A stretch of DNA of 64,000 nt from contig JAFGWC010000119.1 of the NCBI GenBank assembly GCA_016937695.1, positions 9,691 through 73,690 of the forward strand, given 5' to 3'. The position numbers and the translations under genes are program-made. Below, one piece after another: positions 61,690 to 64,000 of this stretch. The notes beneath the pieces are model-generated. The model saw only the letters and a list, made by a program, of their open reading frames with translations. It did no database searches and was not told the DNA's origin. Numbering within the stretch: position 1 is the stretch's first letter; every line of letters begins with the position of its first letter. The DNA is from Bacteroidales bacterium. GTDB lineage: Bacteria; Bacteroidota; Bacteroidia; Bacteroidales; NBLH01.

Positions 61690-63999
61690 TTATCTCATCA
61701 GAGTAACATTACCTGAATCTTTAAATAGTACTCCATTTTTGTATTTTCCAGAAAGTTTCCATACATACACATCTTGAGCAGCCAATTTTCCATCAATATA
61801 ACCATCCCAGCCAATTAAAGGATCTTCACTTATAAATACTTTCTCGCCCCAACGATTATATATTTCAAGATGATATTCTAAAATTCCTCTATAAATAGGA
61901 TGGAAAATATCATTAGTATAATCATCTGCAACCCACCTTCCATCAGAAGGACCTGATATATTAGGTGAAAAGGCATTTGGGAATTTTATAATTCCTGCAG
62001 GTTCAACGACAACAGGCTTTTCACTTTTTAATGAGCTAAGACATTCATGCTCTGACCAAACTTTTAAGTTAATATAATATTCACCTACTTCATTATAATA
62101 ATGTATAGGGTTTTCTTCATTAGAAATACTATCAGTATTATCACCAAAATTCCATTCATAAGTAAATCCATATGTTGAATTATTATAACAATGAATAGCC
62201 TGATTTGGCAACATAACAGTGTCTGGTGCAACTTCAAAAGCAACAATAGGCATTGGATAAACTGTAACAGTTCCTGTATATGATTTCGATCCGCCTGGTC
62301 CAGTAACTGTTAATGTTACAGTATGTTCACCATCTACAGTAAAAATAAATGTAGGATTTTCTTCAACAGATGTACCTAATGTACCAAACTCCCAATAATA
62401 AGTATCAGCATATAATGCATTTGCAGTAAAACTGGCAACAAATGGTAAATTACATCCAGCCCTGTCAAGATCAGCACTTGATTTAGGTTCTGCTGGCAAT
62501 ATAGTAACAATTTGCCTTGCAGTGTCAGAACAGCCATGTGCTGCTACTGCAAGCGTTACTTCATATACACCCGGCGAACCATAAGTATGAGGATCAGGAT
62601 TTGCTGAGTTAATTGAAAATATTGATTCACCATCTCCAAAAGTCCAATAATAATTATCATAACCATCATTACTTAAGTTCTCAATATTTATAGTTGAGTT
62701 TGGAAATGTTTGTTCCACCGGTGCTGCCAAAAAGTCAACAATAGGTATTCTATATACTGTTGCCTCATGAACAATGGTATCAGTACAACCTGCAGGTGAA
62801 TAAGCTACTAACTGTATCGAGAATGTAGTATCTTTATCATAAATAGCCTCAAATGTTTCAGTAAATCCTATTGTGTCATATCTTAACTTATTATCATAGA
62901 ACCACTCGTAATGATCTCCACCTGTAGTTATATTTGTAAATAGAACATTTATTGGAGAACAACCTTCAGTAATATCCATTTCAAAATCAGCATTTGGCGG
63001 CACATTATAAATTATCTCTACAGTATCTTTATTTGTACAAGAGTTTCTAGTTACTGTCCATTCATATCTGTTTGCATTAGGACTTAATCCTGTAACAGTT
63101 GCATTTTCAGCAGAATTACTACTAAATATACCAGAACCTAAAACAACAGTCCAAGAACTTGTACCACCTACACCAGCAGCTTCTGCAGTCATAACTGCAT
63201 TGTTTACACAAGCAGTTTTATCAATACCTGCTGATATTACAAAGTCATTATTTGTAATTAATACATCATCAAATTCAGAATAACCATCTTTTTCAACAGT
63301 CCAACGATATCTGTTTACACTTCCGTTAGGTATCCCGCGTACAAATGTGTTTTCCAAATATGGGTCATCAAATACACCAGCTCCATCAATTAAAGTCCAT
63401 TTTCCTGTGCCAATAATTGCATGAACTGCATGGAGTTGAGTAAAGTCTTCACAAATTTGTTGATCTGAACCTGCATCAGCAAAAATAGCATTGTATGTAA
63501 CCCTAACATCATCGGTAGATGTACATGCTCTCCATAAAACTGTCCATTGATAGCGATTTACCCCATAAGCTATATCATTTACTACTGTATTTGTAGTATT
63601 TGCATTAACAAATGTACCATTACCATTTAATACAGACCATGTTCCTGTTGCAGTTGCATCAGGAAGCTGAGCATCAAGAGTGGCACTATTAACTGTAACT
63701 ATTTGATCTGGTCCTGCATATGCTTGAAAATGGTTACTTGTAATTTGAACCGTAAAATCTTTTGTGCAGTTTTTATCAGTAACAGTCCATGTAAATGTAT
63801 TATTTCCACCACCTAATCCAGTAACTAAGGTAACTGCGGAAGTCGGATTTACTATTATTGTAGTAGGAAGACCACCTGTAGTCCATAAACCTGTTCCTGT
63901 AGAACTAATACTTCCTGAAAGATTAGCAAAATTATCACAAGTTGTTTGATTACTACCGGCACTTGCAATTACAGTATTATTTGTAATTTTAACATCATC
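61690..63999 (-). CDS. Large repetitive PKD/Ig-like adhesin with T9SS type-B C-terminal domain, 5' truncated
   Basis: Frame checked open from 63357 to the window end; ~80-aa AG.DQ..C/G.W/N...WTV...C repeats; PKD (W.FGD); FPNAFSPN..ND.F..IYNRWG..WDG CTD. Confidence 0.9.
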   Translation of the reverse strand, partial: DDVKITNNTVIASAGSNQTTCDNFANLSGSISSTGTGLWTTGGLPTTIIVNPTSAVTLVTGLGGGNNTFTWTVTDKNCTKDFTVQITSNHFQAYAGPDQIVTVNSATLDAQLPDATATGTWSVLNGNGTFVNANTTNTVVNDIAYGVNRYQWTVLWRACTSTDDVRVTYNAIFADAGSDQQICEDFTQLHAVHAIIGTGKWTLIDGAGVFDDPYLENTFVRGIPNGSVNRYRWTVEKDGYSEFDDVLITNNDFVISAGIDKTACVNNAVMTAEAAGVGGTSSWTVVLGSGIFSSNSAENATVTGLSPNANRYEWTVTRNSCTNKDTVEIIYNVPPNADFEMDITEGCSPINVLFTNITTGGDHYEWFYDNKLRYDTIGFTETFEAIYDKDTTFSIQLVAYSPAGCTDTIVHEATVYRIPIVDFLAAPVEQTFPNSTINIENLSNDGYDNYYWTFGDGESIFSINSANPDPHTYGSPGVYEVTLAVAAHGCSDTARQIVTILPAEPKSSADLDRAGCNLPFVASFTANALYADTYYWEFGTLGTSVEENPTFIFTVDGEHTVTLTVTGPGGSKSYTGTVTVYPMPIVAFEVAPDTVMLPNQAIHCYNNSTYGFTYEWNFGDNTDSISNEENPIHYYNEVGEYYINLKVWSEHECLSSLKSEKPVVVEPAGIIKFPNAFSPNISGPSDGRWVADDYTNDIFHPIYRGILEYHLEIYNRWGEKVFISEDPLIGWDGYIDGKLAAQDVYVWKLSGKYKNGVLFKDSGNVTLMR

Positions 64000-64000
64000 A

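Overview
AT-rich chromosomal segment from a Bacteroidota bacterium, probably Bacteroidales/Marinilabiliales-like. The taxonomy rests on TAnnTTTG promoter motifs, Bacteroidota-type ParC/ParE, PorP/SprF and a T9SS type-B adhesin. Most of the window is housekeeping: parEC, aroK, purH-mreBCD-mrdA-rodA, rsmA-mgtE, recQ, tatC, lptB. The standout is a ~15 kb chemosensory locus (6.2-21.3 kb, minus strand) in a lineage that normally lacks flagella. In transcription order it encodes an MCP-like/CheZ-motif coiled-coil protein, STAS, CheY, CheA, CheW, a Cache MCP with a pentapeptide, CheR, a sensorless histidine-kinase homologue with Asn in place of the H-box His, CheD, CheB, DUF4407, a second REC protein, and a membrane GAF/PAS protein with no output domain. 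Four of these proteins end in similar acidic-Phe tails. Other points of note: an orphan ArcE (arginine synthetase)-like gene, an unannotated frameshifted secreted-protein gene, two sigma54-like promoters with enhancer-like repeats, a sigma-less RsbU/RsbW/STAS partner switch coupled to an ABC transporter, a clamp-binding-like tail on ParC, and a 66-bp tandem duplication at a gene start. No rRNA, tRNA, CRISPR array or mobile element was recognised. All calls come from reading motifs; no searches were run.
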